Virus record (IMG/VR): IMGVR_UViG_3300029923_000015
Span: 1 to 64,000 of that record
Strand: one strand, 5' to 3'
Origin: a virus
Length of the DNA: 64,000 nucleotides
Part shown: one piece after another, positions 7,920 to 18,187 of the stretch
Layout of the letters: each line of letters starts with the position of its first letter
Position numbering within the stretch: the stretch's first letter is position 1
Notes under the pieces: model-generated
What the model saw: the letters and a program-made list of their open reading frames with translations, nothing else
What the model was told of the DNA's origin: nothing
Database searches by the model: none
Program-made: the position numbers and the translations under genes

Positions 7920-8235
7920 TAAGAAAATAAATAAAGACGTTATAGAATTATTTGGATTTAAATGTATAAAAGAATCTTATGACAAGAACTATAATAAACC
8001 AATCTTCTATTATAAATTTACAATGGGTCTTTTTACTTTTAGTTATGAATTAGAATATTTAAATTGGTATATTACTGGGTCAAAACATTCTATAAATGGA
8101 GGACCATTTGATTATAGAAATTGTAACGAGATCCAACTGATAAGAATAAAACGAGATGATAATCAAATTTTTTCTGGAATAATTAAAACCAAAAAAGAAT
8201 TTAAGATTCTATTAAAACAATTGAGTGTTCTATGA
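7912..8235 (+). CDS. hypothetical protein, paralog of the preceding C-terminal domain
   Basis: IELFGF...FSGIIKTKKEFKILLKQLS mirrors IESLGF...FQGTIKNKSQLIILLKQLG. Confidence 0.7.
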   Translation: MFNKKINKDVIELFGFKCIKESYDKNYNKPIFYYKFTMGLFTFSYELEYLNWYITGSKHSINGGPFDYRNCNEIQLIRIKRDDNQIFSGIIKTKKEFKILLKQLSVL

Positions 8236-8768
8236 ACAATAAATTAGCAGATATAGTTGGTGGTAAAGTAGTAATACATCAAGACACATTAGAAATTCCA
8301 TGTTTTAAAAAGATATGGAATGATAATACAGATAAAGAATTAGCTACTAAATATATAGATTATATATTCTTTAAACATCACCCAGATAGTCCTTACGTAA
8401 TATCAATGCCTCTGGAATATAGAGATGCAAAATTACGCAAAGAATTATTTATTGAAGACTGGGAGCCTACTCAAGATATTATACACGCAGAAGAAATGTA
8501 TTTAGAATTCCTTGACACATTATTACTCCAGCTATTGACTGGATATAGAAATGCGTTAAGTGCCATAAGCAAATATTTAAACAGTATTGTGTCGGGGACT
8601 CTAGATATGAGGATGGTTAAAGAGGCATTAACTGCAGGTGGTCAATTAGACAAGACAGTTAAATCTATTACTTCGTTAGAGAAACAAGTGCGTAAGGACG
8701 AATTAGAATCTTCCAGGGTACAAGGAGGTAGCGAGGTTGGTCATTATGAAATGCCTAAATCAAGATAA
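8232..8768 (+). CDS. conserved crAss-like helical protein (possible terminase small subunit)
   Basis: ADIVGGKVVIH...DSPYV...SRVQGG pattern upstream of terL; function inferred only. Confidence 0.5.
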   Translation: MNNKLADIVGGKVVIHQDTLEIPCFKKIWNDNTDKELATKYIDYIFFKHHPDSPYVISMPLEYRDAKLRKELFIEDWEPTQDIIHAEEMYLEFLDTLLLQLLTGYRNALSAISKYLNSIVSGTLDMRMVKEALTAGGQLDKTVKSITSLEKQVRKDELESSRVQGGSEVGHYEMPKSR

Positions 8769-8769
8769 T

Positions 8770-8970
8770 ATGGCATATATAGATCAAACAATAAAATATT
8801 ATAAAGGTTCCCCTAAACTAAAGAAAGCAATAGCCGCAGGAACTCTTATTGATAATAGACTTAAATTAGAATACTCAAATAGCGGCACAACAGATTGTCA
8901 CTTTGATATGCAAAATTATTTAAAATATTTTAGTTACGAGGCATTATCAATAATACCTAAATCGATATAA
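8770..8970 (+). CDS. hypothetical protein
   Basis: ATG one base after the upstream stop; fills the gap. Confidence 0.55.
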   Translation: MAYIDQTIKYYKGSPKLKKAIAAGTLIDNRLKLEYSNSGTTDCHFDMQNYLKYFSYEALSIIPKSI

Positions 8971-8971
8971 T

Positions 8972-9370
8972 ATGGATGGATTAACACAATTATTTTGGAT
9001 ACTATTTTATTTGCTTTGCGCTTGGGTCGCATGGAAAATACCATCATTATATATAAAGGTACTTTACTTAAGAGATAAAATAAAGGCAAAGGATTATGAA
9101 TATTCTACACTTTTATCGCAAAAGAAATCATCTGAAGTTAGACTTGGTCAGATATCAGAGAACTTAGCACCATTCTTAAAAGACTTTAAATACAATCCAA
9201 AGAAAGCACATTTCTTAGGTAATCCAATAGACTATATTATATTTGAAGAAAATAAGATAGTATTCCTCGAGATTAAATCAGGTGAGTCTAAGTTAAGTGA
9301 GGGCCAGAGGAATATAAAGAAATTAATACAAGATGGCAAGGTTGAATTTGACCAAATGAGAATTGATTAA
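8972..9370 (+). CDS. Holliday-junction-resolvase-like endonuclease (Endonuc_Holl type) with N-terminal membrane anchor
   Basis: GQISENLAPF...FLGNPIDYIIF...FLEIKSG..LSEGQRNIK; hydrophobic N-terminus. Confidence 0.8.
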   Translation: MDGLTQLFWILFYLLCAWVAWKIPSLYIKVLYLRDKIKAKDYEYSTLLSQKKSSEVRLGQISENLAPFLKDFKYNPKKAHFLGNPIDYIIFEENKIVFLEIKSGESKLSEGQRNIKKLIQDGKVEFDQMRID

Positions 9371-9427
9371 TAAGGAGATGACGAAAACCTTTAATAGAGT
9401 AGTCGATATAAATAAATAAATACAATT

Positions 9428-9727
9428 ATGGATACAATTAAATTTAATAAGACACAAGATTGGACTATTTTTATTCTACGTAGAATAGATGAGAATATGG
9501 TAGAAACAGACACTATGCTCGGCGGATTTTATAGTTATATACAGGAAAATAAAAGTACAGACGTATTTAATGAATGTACACTTGGATGGTCTGACGAAGA
9601 TAAACAAGATGTATATGCGGTAATAACATTTTTTGATACATCGGTTATGCCATTGTATAAAAATTCAACATATTATATAATGACTGATACTGGTGGTACG
9701 GTTGCCAATAGATCATTTAAAGGATAA
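9428..9727 (+). CDS. hypothetical protein
   Basis: 99-aa ORF ending YIMTDTGGTVAN. Confidence 0.7.
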   Translation: MDTIKFNKTQDWTIFILRRIDENMVETDTMLGGFYSYIQENKSTDVFNECTLGWSDEDKQDVYAVITFFDTSVMPLYKNSTYYIMTDTGGTVANRSFKG

Positions 9728-9851
9728 ACAATGATTAAAGACGCGTGCACTCTGAGTGCCAAAGAGATTAAATCAACTATACATGAAGAGTGGATGGTCT
9801 TCTACAAATATAGAGCAAAACAAGAATTAGATAATATAAAATATCTTACAG

Positions 9852-10328
9852 ATGGTAAATGTTAAAGTAAAGAATGCAAAGACCCACGAATATGATGGTC
9901 AGAAGTTTAAATCAGGTTTAGAGCTATTCTGTTACAAACTACTTAAAGAGAATCGTATTCCATTTATATATCAACCAGCATCATATGTATTGATACAAAA
10001 GTTTAAATCAAACTTTAGATGTTATGAGGATACTGGTAAGATTACTAGGGATAGCAATAAGAAAATACTATCGTCTACTAAACGTTTTGATCTAATTGAG
10101 AACGTAAGAGAGATAGCCTATACACCAGATTTCTGTGGAGTGGATAATGACTGGATAATAGAGACAAAAGGATTTGCTAACGATGCATTCCCATTGAGAT
10201 GGAAGTTATTTAAAGCAAAACTAAATGAAGAAGATTTCCAAGGAATATTAATGAAACCAGAAAGCCAGAAGGAGGTTATGCAATGCATAGATATAATTAA
10301 AGACCAAACAATAATTGAGTATGTCTAA
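9852..10328 (+). CDS. PD-(D/E)XK nuclease (DUF1064-like)
   Basis: KNAKTHEYDGQKFKSGLE...YTPDF...IIETKG. Confidence 0.8.
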   Translation: MVNVKVKNAKTHEYDGQKFKSGLELFCYKLLKENRIPFIYQPASYVLIQKFKSNFRCYEDTGKITRDSNKKILSSTKRFDLIENVREIAYTPDFCGVDNDWIIETKGFANDAFPLRWKLFKAKLNEEDFQGILMKPESQKEVMQCIDIIKDQTIIEYV

Positions 10329-10471
10329 AATAGTCTGTATATTAGAAAATGTATGGGGGAATATAGGAGACACCTGTCCCATGGTATTTGCACCACACCC
10401 AGCAAACAGATCATTGAGCAATATCCAGACAAGTAATATAAGTGATATAATAATAAATATACTAAAACAAA

Positions 10472-10816
10472 ATGAACAAAATATTAATGAGTAAAGGTGG
10501 TTATAGTGCTGCAATGTTTAATACAGAAACATTAGAACTAGTAGAAATAAACACTATTGATAGCGAAGTGAGCGCATGTTATCTAATCGAAGAAGACTCT
10601 GAATTGATTTATAATGAAGACATTGTTGATGTTAAATCTGGTGATATCGTATTCAAATTATATTCGTATAAAGGAGAAAGAAAACTAATAGTAATGGGCA
10701 AAAACGAATTAACCGATGAGATTAAATTACGCGAATTAGCAAGAAGGGCGAATTCTCAAAATGAAAAACTAGAAAGAGTATCTTCTGGTTCTGAGTCTAT
10801 GTGTGTCCCTGATTGA
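10472..10816 (+). CDS. hypothetical protein
   Basis: 114-aa ORF in the plus-strand run. Confidence 0.7.
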   Translation: MNKILMSKGGYSAAMFNTETLELVEINTIDSEVSACYLIEEDSELIYNEDIVDVKSGDIVFKLYSYKGERKLIVMGKNELTDEIKLRELARRANSQNEKLERVSSGSESMCVPD

Positions 10817-10900
10817 GGAATTAAGTTGTAGAATCATTAACTGCTAGTAAAACAAATTAAATTAAACAACGTTTAGAATACTAAACAATAATTATTGATT

Positions 10901-11209
10901 ATGAATAATACCACAAATAAGGTTCCAGCGAAAGCGGTTGAACCTAAAATTAATGAAATAGTAGCTCCGGTTGGTACAGGGTACACTGATGTTGTTACGC
11001 AAGTAAAAAAACCATATAATAAAAGACGTAAAAAGGCTAAAAACACACCTATAGATGTCACCAAATTGCCACAAGAAAATCAATTAAAACTTGAATCAGG
11101 AGATAGGATCATAATTGTTAAGTTATCTAAAAAATCTAAGCTATTTAGGCAATTATATAATTATATTAAAACAAAGTACGGACAATTTAAACTTTGGTTG
11201 AAAAATTAA
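10901..11209 (+). CDS. hypothetical basic protein
   Basis: KKPYNKRRKKAK basic patch; co-oriented. Confidence 0.6.
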   Translation: MNNTTNKVPAKAVEPKINEIVAPVGTGYTDVVTQVKKPYNKRRKKAKNTPIDVTKLPQENQLKLESGDRIIIVKLSKKSKLFRQLYNYIKTKYGQFKLWLKN

Positions 11210-11259
11210 TATCATTTAATGATTAACTCTAGTAAAAGAATTTTAAATTCCAATAAATT

Positions 11260-11296
11260 CTCCCTTAGCAATTTAACCAATTGTTCTAAGGGAGTT
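11260..11296 (+). promoter_or_regulatory. hairpin upstream of terL
   Basis: CTCCCTTAGCAATT/AATTGTTCTAAGGGAG inverted repeat. Confidence 0.5.
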
Positions 11297-11315
11297 ATTG
11301 GTATATATAAAGAGC

Positions 11316-14300
11316 ATGATAGATTTTAATAAAAAAATAAAAAATAGCGAAAAATTTAGAGCGCCAGCAATTTTTTTCCAAAAACATGGACTATACTGTT
11401 TTTCCCCATATGGAACTACTGAGTATCTAACCTATTGGGATACTGAGGCCATTAGATGCGTAGAAGGATATACTGCCCCTGATGGGGATTGGATAAGTGG
11501 GTATAATTATTTTTACTTAAATTATTGTCCGATACTTAGATTAGTCGAATTTGAATATAAGGATAGGTTTGGTAACATGAAGATGCGCAGAGAAAAGGCT
11601 AGGAAATTTCCTGACTTTTATGATTATGACTACTATTACTTTATGGGCGTTCAGGAAGCGCAAGAGGAAGGTGCTCACATGGCAGTTTTAAAGGCTCGTG
11701 GTAAAGGTTTTTCGTTTAAAGGAGGATCGATGCTCGATAGAAATTATTATCTGATACCAGACTCTAAAGGCTATGCAATTGCATCTGAAACTGAATATTT
11801 AGTTAGAGATGGTCTACTTACGAAGGCCTGGGATTACATGGACTTCATAGATGAACATACTGCATGGGCGAAAAAACGTCAGGCTATTAATACAAAGATG
11901 CATAGAAAGGCTTCTATTATTACTACAGATGAAATGGGTAATAAAATAGAGGTTGGTTATAAGTCTGAGATAATTGGAGTATCATTAAAGAATGATCCCA
12001 ATAAGGCTCGTGGTAAACGTGGTCAACTAATCCTATGGGAAGAGGCAGGATCGTTCAAGGATATACTTCAGGCGTGGCAGATAGCTAGACCTTCTGTAGA
12101 AGAAGATGGTAAAGCTTATGGTCTAATGATAGCATTTGGGACTGGTGGTGATGAAGGTTCTAGATTTGATGGACTGAAAGAAATGTTTTATAATCCATCT
12201 GGATATAATATAAAATCGTTTCCAAACATATGGGATGAAGGGGCTGATGCAAATCAATGTGCTTTTTTTGTTCCTGTATACGCCAATATGTCTGTACTAG
12301 ATGAAAATGGACATAGAATGTTTATGGATAAGAATGGTAATAGTCTTAAGACTAAAGCTGTTGATTATGCCATGACCGAGCGCAAGAAAGTAGTTGACGG
12401 ATCCTCTGACTCAAGGGCTATTGATAGGTATATTGCAGAGAACCCTATAACTCCTCAGGAAGCTGTTTTAGAACTCACAGGGAACATATTCCCTAAGAAG
12501 GAATTAATGGTACAGTTGGCCTCAATACGTACAAATAAGAAGCTACAGGCATATAAGCAGGTCGGTGATTTGAATTATGTTAATGGAATATTGAGTTGGG
12601 AAATAAAACAAAAAGGAGATATAACTAAATACCCATTAGGTAGAGACGATAAGCATGAAGGATCAATAGTAATATGGGAACACCCATCACAAGACACATC
12701 AGGGCAATTATACATAGCGGGGTGTTTATTACCAGGAGAGCAAGTAATTACTGACTATGGATTAAAAAACGTAGAAGATGTATCATTTGAAGATAAATTG
12801 ATAAATGAAGATGGATTGGAAAAGAGTATCGTAAATCTACAAAGATATGAAAAAGTAGATGAACCTATATTTAAAGTAAAACCAAATGGATCTTTTAGGA
12901 CTACGACGTTTACTCAAGAGCATCCTATATTATTAGATTCTGGATTCAAAAAAGCATCTGAATTAAAGAAAGGAGATGTACTTAAAATACCAAATAGATA
13001 TATAGATAGTAATAATAATTATATAGATATTATATCTAAATATTTTACAGAGGATTTTAATTACAATGATCCATTATTTTGGTGGTTTCTAGGTATATGG
13101 ATAGGAGATGGTTTTAATAATAAGAATAGTCAATCTCATGATATATATGTTGCATTTGGAATCAAACAAATTGAAGAAGCAAATTTTTATAAAAACGTAG
13201 TTTATTCATTGTTCCATAGAAAAACATTAGTTTGTGTTAAAAATGGTGGAAATACTACTAGGTTTACTTATAAAATATTATATGATTTCTTAGAGAATGA
13301 ATTTGGTAGATATTCATATGGAAAAAGAATTCCAGAATGGGTTAAATATGCACCAGAAGAATTAAAAAAATATTTTATATCTGGATATTTAGATTCAGAT
13401 GGATCTGCATATTTTGATAAAGGAAAATTAAGAGTATCATTTACTAGTATAAATTTAACATTACTAGAGTCTATCCAAGATATTTTATATTCAATGAAAA
13501 TTAGAAATAGTATAGTCAGACACTCAAAAGAAGGTATATCTATATTTAATAATAAAGAATATAAACACAAAGAATCATATAAGGTATCAATTCCAACATC
13601 AGAAATAAAAAAAATATTGCCACTAGATCTTAGTATACTAAATAGCAGAAAAATTAATGAAATAGAGAAATACTCATCGTCTTTACCCAGAAACACCGTA
13701 GAGAAAGCAGTAGTCTACTTCGTGAACAAATACATATTCCTTAAAATAGAGAATATAGCAGAATCAAAATACACTGGTACTGTTTATAACTTTGAATGTG
13801 ATACACACACATATATGTGTAGGAATATCGTCACACACAATTGTGACCCGTTGACAAACTAGCGGTGCGATGTATGTCGTAAGAATTGAGCAAAATCGGT
13901 GAAAGTCTCTAGTAGAAAACACCGAGGTAAATAATTAGATTTCGAAAGGCTAATTATCACCGTAACGCGTAGCAGATGAATAAATATAATTCTGCCAAGA
14001 GTGCTCGACAAGAATCAAACTTGATAATGTACGCTGAGCTATATGGCGACATATAGAAGTAAGGATAAAAAGCCTTGCGATAACAAAACTGATGATCACG
14101 ATAAAGCTGGGACCAACTCATTAGGTGCTACATTTATATATAAACGTATGCAAAACTTTGAATCATATTATGATATCCTAGTTGCCGAGTATACTGGTAG
14201 ACCTGATACGGCAGAAGATTATTATGAGAATGTACGTAAATTATTACTATATTATAATGCTAGATTGCTTTATGAAAATGAACGTAAAGGTATATTTCCA

Positions 14301-14744
14301 TACTTCACACAAAAGCATTGTGATTATTTGCTAGCGGATCAACCTGATATTATAAATGATATTATAGGCAAGTCTACAGTACAAAGACGAAAAGGCATCC
14401 ATATGAATACCCAAATAAAGGATTATGGGGAAGGTCTTATTAAGGAGTATCTTAATGAGGAATTTGCTCCCGGTAAAAAATGTCTTACTACTATTCTGTC
14501 AGAACCTTTACTAGAAGAGTTAATACAATATAATGATAAAGGTAATTTTGACCGAGTAATAGCACTTATTATGGTCATGATATATAGGCAGCAACTACAC
14601 AATATGCATGTGAAGAAAAAGAATATAGAAGTAAGAAAAAATATACTCTTTAATAAACCATTATTCGGCAAAGAGTGGTGGGATTCAAATGATAGCGGCC
14701 TAGAAGAAATAACAAAAAATTCAATAGATATAAATTGGAATTAA
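11316..14744 (+). CDS. terL: terminase large subunit, join(11316..13851,14092..14744); contains an intein
   Basis: LKARGKGFS and LILWEEAG ATPase motifs; removing the intein and intron restores YIAG-CDP-Y-DHDKAGTNSLG; C-terminal GNFDRVIAL; lies upstream of portal; mature protein 689 aa. Confidence 0.93.
12723..13841 (+). mobile_element. intein with LAGLIDADG homing endonuclease (373 aa)
   Basis: Starts CLLPGEQV, block B FTQEHPI, LGIWIGDG and FISGYLDSDG motifs, ends VYNFEC...VTHN followed by +1 Cys. Confidence 0.95.
13852..14091 (+). mobile_element. group I intron, ORF-less, 240 nt (IA-like, with P7.1)
   Basis: 5' exon ends CCGU and pairs with IGS GCGG(13862-13865) via U-G; P3 GAGCA/TGCTC; P4 TCGGTG/CACCGA; P7 GCGTA/TACGC; P9 CTATATG-GCGA-CATATAG; terminal G at 14091; splicing restores frame (T+AT = Tyr). 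Confidence 0.9.
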
Positions 14745-14745
14745 G

Positions 14746-17298
14746 ATGAATAACACAACAACTATGTTTCCTGCGCAAAAAATAGCGCTCAAGAAAAAGA
14801 ATAAAGAATGGGGCGAGGCTTGCGTAGACTATATTATTGGAATGGGCGAAATAGTTCCTTCTGGTTCCGATAGAACTAATTTCGAGGAGATGCAAACCTA
14901 TTACGACTTATATAATAGTATCTTCAATGAAAAAGATTTAAAATATGTAACAGACCCATTCAAACAGGATGATGGATTTCCAGCTAGCCCGCAAGACTTT
15001 AACATAATTAGATCTAAAATCGATTTGCTGTTAGGCGAAGAAACAAAACATCCATTTAACTTTAGGGTCATTAGGACTAGCCAAGATGCTGCCTCTGACG
15101 TTCAAGAGAAGATGAAGAAGATGATGGTTGATTATATGATGGCAGAAGTTATGGCCGGAATGTCGGAAGACCAAGCAAAAGAGTTTCAAGATAAATTATC
15201 TACTGGAGAATTGATGCCACCAGAAAAAATAGCATCATTTATAACAAAAGACTATAAGGATGTGGCAGAAAGTGCTGCGTATCATAGTCTAAATTATTTA
15301 AAAGAAAAACTTGGTTTAGATCATGAGTTCCAGAAAGGATGGAAGGATGCATTAATAGCTGGAAAAGAAATATACTATACTGGAGTAATTAATGGCGAAC
15401 CTAATATGGAGAGAGTGAACCCAATGTATTTTGGACATGATCATTCACCAGACTTAGAGTTTATTGAAAATGGAGATTGGGCAGTTAGAAGGATGAGGAT
15501 GTCTTATACTGAGATCTATGATAGATTGTATGATAAGATGGACGAAAAGCAATTAGACAAGCTCCTTGAAATGACAAATTCTAAACCAGGAGCTGCTGGA
15601 TATGGTTCAGACAGGTCTAAAGTCGACTACATTCATTTAGATGTGAAAACAGTTACAGGTCCTGGAGACGATAATATAAACCAATCAAACCAATTAAATT
15701 TATGGCACGCTACATGGAAATCATATAAGAAAATTGGGTTTGTTACTATACTGGATGAAAATAATCAACCACAACAAATGATCGTTAGTGAGGATTACAT
15801 GGTTATAGGAAATGAATTAAATATAGAATGGAAGTGGGTTATAGAGGTCTGGGAGGGATATAGATTCGGAGAAGATGGTTATGTTGGAGTTCAACCTTTA
15901 GAATATCAATTCGTATCTGCAGATAATTTAAATTCACAAAAATTACCATACTCTGGAGTTATTTATAGTAATACAAACTCGAAGTCAAGGTCTCTCGTAT
16001 CTATAATGAAGCCTCTCCAATATATGTACATAATTATATGGTACAGGCTAGAATTAGCCTTATCAAGGGATAAAGGTAAAGTAATCACAATGGATATTAC
16101 CCAAATCCCTAAATCCATGAATATTGATGCTGCTAAATGGATGCATTATCTATCAGCGGTTGGAGTTAACTTTGTTAATCCATATGAAGAAGGTTGGGAT
16201 ATACCAGGCAGAGAGGGCGGGAAGGCTGCTCAGTTTAATCAAATATCTGCACTCGATCTAACGATGTCTGATGTTATAAGCCAGTATATAAGTCTTATGG
16301 CAAAGATAGAAGACATGTTATCCGAGATATCTGGTGTTAGTAGGCAAAGACAGGGAGAGATTACATCAAGTGAATTGGTTGGGAATGTAAATCAGGCAGT
16401 TCAAAACTCTGCTAGTATAACTCAACCATTATTTTGGATGCATAATCAATGCAAAAAAAACGCACTAAGGATGTTGCTAAATACAGCAAAAGAATGTTGG
16501 AGGGATTCTGCTAGACAGAATATTCAATACGTTATGAATGACTCTACTAGGGTATTTATGAAACTTGCTGATGATTTCTTTTATGAAGAAATGGATATAT
16601 TTGTATCTGACTCTACAAAAGATTTACAGAATCTAGAGGCGATAAAATCATTGTATCAGCCTGCGATGCAAAATGGAGCCAGTATATTGGATATCGCCGA
16701 GATAATGACGCTAGATAGTATTTCTGCAATTAAGACTAAGTTGGCACAGATAGAGAAGACTAGGTCCGATCAAGCGCAACAGACGGCAGACGCAGAAAAT
16801 CAAAGACAAATGCAGTTGTCTCAGGTTCAGAATGAAGTTAAACAACAAGAGGTCCTACTGAAACAACAAGAACTTGATTTGACTAAATATAAGACTGATT
16901 CTGATAATTCTACTAGAATAACAGTAGCAGAAATTGGTGCATATAAAGGAACGGCTGATATGGATGCAGATGCAAGTGGGACTCCAGATGTAATGGAAAT
17001 AGCAGATATGGCATTAAAGCAAAGCCAACATGATGCCGCTGTTTTTGACAAAGATATGGAAAGAAGTCAAAAAGAAAGAGAGTCTTCATTAAAGCATGAC
17101 TTAGAAGGAAGAAAGATTGAAGCTGATAAACAGGCCGCAAAATTAAGGGCAGATGCTGATAGAGATAAAATAAATCTTGAGAATCGAAAAATGGATGTCC
17201 AAAAACAATTACAAAAAATGAAAGATGATTCTGCTATGGAGCGCGAGAGATTAAAAGCTAAAACTGCGATTTCTAACAAGGTAACTGGTGAAAAATAA
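14746..17298 (+). CDS. portal protein
   Basis: 850 aa directly after terL; FNIIRSKIDLLLGEE, SGVSRQRQG, long C-terminal coiled coil typical of crAss-like portals. Confidence 0.9.
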   Translation: MNNTTTMFPAQKIALKKKNKEWGEACVDYIIGMGEIVPSGSDRTNFEEMQTYYDLYNSIFNEKDLKYVTDPFKQDDGFPASPQDFNIIRSKIDLLLGEETKHPFNFRVIRTSQDAASDVQEKMKKMMVDYMMAEVMAGMSEDQAKEFQDKLSTGELMPPEKIASFITKDYKDVAESAAYHSLNYLKEKLGLDHEFQKGWKDALIAGKEIYYTGVINGEPNMERVNPMYFGHDHSPDLEFIENGDWAVRRMRMSYTEIYDRLYDKMDEKQLDKLLEMTNSKPGAAGYGSDRSKVDYIHLDVKTVTGPGDDNINQSNQLNLWHATWKSYKKIGFVTILDENNQPQQMIVSEDYMVIGNELNIEWKWVIEVWEGYRFGEDGYVGVQPLEYQFVSADNLNSQKLPYSGVIYSNTNSKSRSLVSIMKPLQYMYIIIWYRLELALSRDKGKVITMDITQIPKSMNIDAAKWMHYLSAVGVNFVNPYEEGWDIPGREGGKAAQFNQISALDLTMSDVISQYISLMAKIEDMLSEISGVSRQRQGEITSSELVGNVNQAVQNSASITQPLFWMHNQCKKNALRMLLNTAKECWRDSARQNIQYVMNDSTRVFMKLADDFFYEEMDIFVSDSTKDLQNLEAIKSLYQPAMQNGASILDIAEIMTLDSISAIKTKLAQIEKTRSDQAQQTADAENQRQMQLSQVQNEVKQQEVLLKQQELDLTKYKTDSDNSTRITVAEIGAYKGTADMDADASGTPDVMEIADMALKQSQHDAAVFDKDMERSQKERESSLKHDLEGRKIEADKQAAKLRADADRDKINLENRKMDVQKQLQKMKDDSAMERERLKAKTAISNKVTGEK

Positions 17299-17299
17299 T

Positions 17300-18166
17300 A
17301 TGCCAAAGATAGTGACAAAAACAAACAAGTCACTTATTTCTGATTGGAGGAAGAACTTCTCTAAACCTCCAACAGAATTGACTACGCCAGGTGTCGGTTT
17401 ATTAGATACGCAACAACTACAATCGTCCACAATGGTATCTACTCCAAATAGAATAAAGTCTGAGACTAATCGCGTTCCAATAGTGAAAGGAGATCCAACG
17501 CCAAAGTATATAAATATAAAGGATAATAGAAAAATTAGAGCAACCACTGGTCTTGCCATTGATCCTAATAGAGATCTCAAGACTGGATCTTATCCAACTA
17601 CTCTTCCTGTTGATATAGCTGGCAGCGCAAATACATTAAATAAAGATGCGTGGACAGTGATGGCTATAGGCCTTGCAGAAAATGACTTAGACAAAAAAGA
17701 CTCTTTCTCCGGTCATATGACTTCACCACCAACAGAAGGTGCAACATCTCCCGGAGATGATATGGTTAGGACGTTATCTAAAAAGATGCAACTCGCAAAA
17801 AGACTTGGCTATAAAGATGAACCCCACCAGATACAGGCGTGGCAGGGATTAAGCCATAAGGGTCTAACTGCAAAGTCAGATCAAAAATACAATATAGAGA
17901 CAGGGCAAGGCTCTAGTCAAGGGTCCTGGTTTGGGGTTCCAATCCCCTCTAGTGGGCATATAGATACTTTTGAGAACCCTTTGTATGGAAAAGAGATAAT
18001 AGATCTTAGAGATAATGTATTAAAGCCGAATAAAGACTTAAAGAATATAGTAGATACTACCGGCACAAAAGGTGGCGTTGTTATAAATAATGGAATAAAA
18101 TATACTAACTCAAACTACGCCAGGAGACTTGCTGTCAATAAGTGGCTAGAGGGTAATAGAAAATAA
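17300..18166 (+). CDS. lysozyme/transglycosylase-like protein
   Basis: DAWTVMAIGLAEN (candidate catalytic Glu after helix), HQIQAWQG, NPLYGKEI resemble SLT motifs. Confidence 0.45.
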   Translation: MPKIVTKTNKSLISDWRKNFSKPPTELTTPGVGLLDTQQLQSSTMVSTPNRIKSETNRVPIVKGDPTPKYINIKDNRKIRATTGLAIDPNRDLKTGSYPTTLPVDIAGSANTLNKDAWTVMAIGLAENDLDKKDSFSGHMTSPPTEGATSPGDDMVRTLSKKMQLAKRLGYKDEPHQIQAWQGLSHKGLTAKSDQKYNIETGQGSSQGSWFGVPIPSSGHIDTFENPLYGKEIIDLRDNVLKPNKDLKNIVDTTGTKGGVVINNGIKYTNSNYARRLAVNKWLEGNRK

Positions 18167-18187
18167 TACAATTGAAAATAAACAATT

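Noticed and set aside
13860-13862. TAG recoding or readthrough in terL, as known in some crAss-like phages
   Set aside because: The TAG lies inside the group I intron. Very long ORFs are open in the standard code, and TAG ends genes cleanly at 27120 and 29576.
14043-14091. Independent gene starting MATYRSKD at 14043
   Set aside because: These codons are intron P9 sequence; the true coding part is terL exon 2 from 14092.
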